The notes beneath the pieces are model-generated. The model was given only the letters and a program-made list of their open reading frames with translations. It was not told where the DNA came from and did not search any database. The position numbers were made by a program, and so were the translations under genes. A DNA stretch of 64,000 nucleotides from Chamaesiphon sp. (GTDB lineage Bacteria; Cyanobacteriota; Cyanobacteriia; Cyanobacteriales; Chamaesiphonaceae): positions 32,001 through 96,000 of the forward strand of contig CBDFFH010000037.1 of assembly GCA_965246715.1 (NCBI GenBank). The letters run 5' to 3'. This document shows, piece by piece, positions 63,260 through 64,000 of the stretch (positions are counted from its first letter, which is position 1; every line of letters starts with the position of its first letter).

Positions 63260-63931
63260 ATGATGTCTCAAATTCAACTTTATAGTGCAATTCTCTGTCC
63301 TTTTGCCCACCGAGTGCGGTTAACCTTGCTAGAAAAAGGTGTTCCCTTTGAGTCGATTGAAATCGACCCCCAAAATAAGCCTGCTAACTTCCTCGAAATT
63401 TCTCCTTACGGCAAAGTGCCCGTCCTCAAACATGGCGATAACTGCGTCTGGGAGTCTGCGATCGTTAATGAATATCTAGAGGAAACCTTTCCCGATCCGC
63501 CACTGTTACCCACAGAGCCGATCCAGCGGGCACAGGCGCGCATTTGGATTAATTTTGCCGATACCCGCTTGTTTGCTACTACCGGAAAGCTGCTGCACGG
63601 TCGCGATTCACACCCAACGGCGTTATTAACCGAACTGACCGAGCATTTACTGTTTATGGAGCATGAGGGTTTGGGTAAACATCCCGCTAGTACGCCCTAC
63701 TGGCTGGGGACGGGGCTGAGTCTGGTCGATTTGACTTTTTACCCTTGGTTCGAGCAATTAGCCGTGCTGGAGCATTTCCGAGGCTTTGGGTTGCCATCTG
63801 GACTAGATCGACTTCAGGAGTGGCAAGCCGCAGTAGCCCAGCGGGAATCGGTGAGATCGATCGCCAATTCGCCAGAATTTTATCTCGAACACTATGGGCG
63901 ACTGGCTCAAATGATGTTCGATCGCCAGTAA
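63260..63931 (+). CDS. Glutathione S-transferase (omega-like, CPFA motif)
   Basis: LCPFAHRV, SPYGKVPVL, WESAIVNEYL and SLVDL. Confidence 0.92.
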   Translation: MMSQIQLYSAILCPFAHRVRLTLLEKGVPFESIEIDPQNKPANFLEISPYGKVPVLKHGDNCVWESAIVNEYLEETFPDPPLLPTEPIQRAQARIWINFADTRLFATTGKLLHGRDSHPTALLTELTEHLLFMEHEGLGKHPASTPYWLGTGLSLVDLTFYPWFEQLAVLEHFRGFGLPSGLDRLQEWQAAVAQRESVRSIANSPEFYLEHYGRLAQMMFDRQ

Positions 63932-64000
63932 CTCGAACAGATTAAATTTGAGAAGCTGAGTAACACCTATCCTCGATCGACTTTAATACAATGGCCTTTG

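Noticed and set aside
1..64000. High CGATCG/GCGATCGC density as a novel repeat
   Set aside because: This is the well-known cyanobacterial HIP1; it was used only as a taxonomic clue and as the insertion target.

Overview
Cyanobacterial DNA, judged from dense CGATCG/GCGATCGC (HIP1) sites and cyanobacterial gene families. It reads as an accessory, plasmid/ICE-like region with many decayed genes. It carries detoxification and housekeeping enzymes, a topA, a tRNA-Val att fragment beside a truncated integrase, IS4/IS630 remnants, two ISAs1 copies, several toxin-antitoxin modules and three STAND (NB-ARC) proteins. Four features stand out. (1) An HTH-NB-ARC-WD40 gene lies head-to-head with a secretion cluster: a Pro-rich secreted peptide, two double-glycine-leader proteins with C2-like cores, a C39 ABC exporter and a mini-HlyD. 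The shared intergenic region holds a ~80-bp promoter element (TCCGATC direct repeats, then CTGTCA-N17-TATTCT) that recurs twice elsewhere, suggesting an NLR-controlled secretion regulon. (2) About 17 copies of a 22-25-nt double-hairpin micro-element occur, most inserted exactly at CGAT^CG. The 24-nt copies add 8 codons in frame, and two empty sites are visible in a paralog within the window. (3) An integrase-less attC cassette array has related 70-bp spacer modules. (4) An NB-ARC-TPR gene has ten near-identical, combinatorially shuffled 120-bp repeats. All calls are by eye from motifs; no database search was run.
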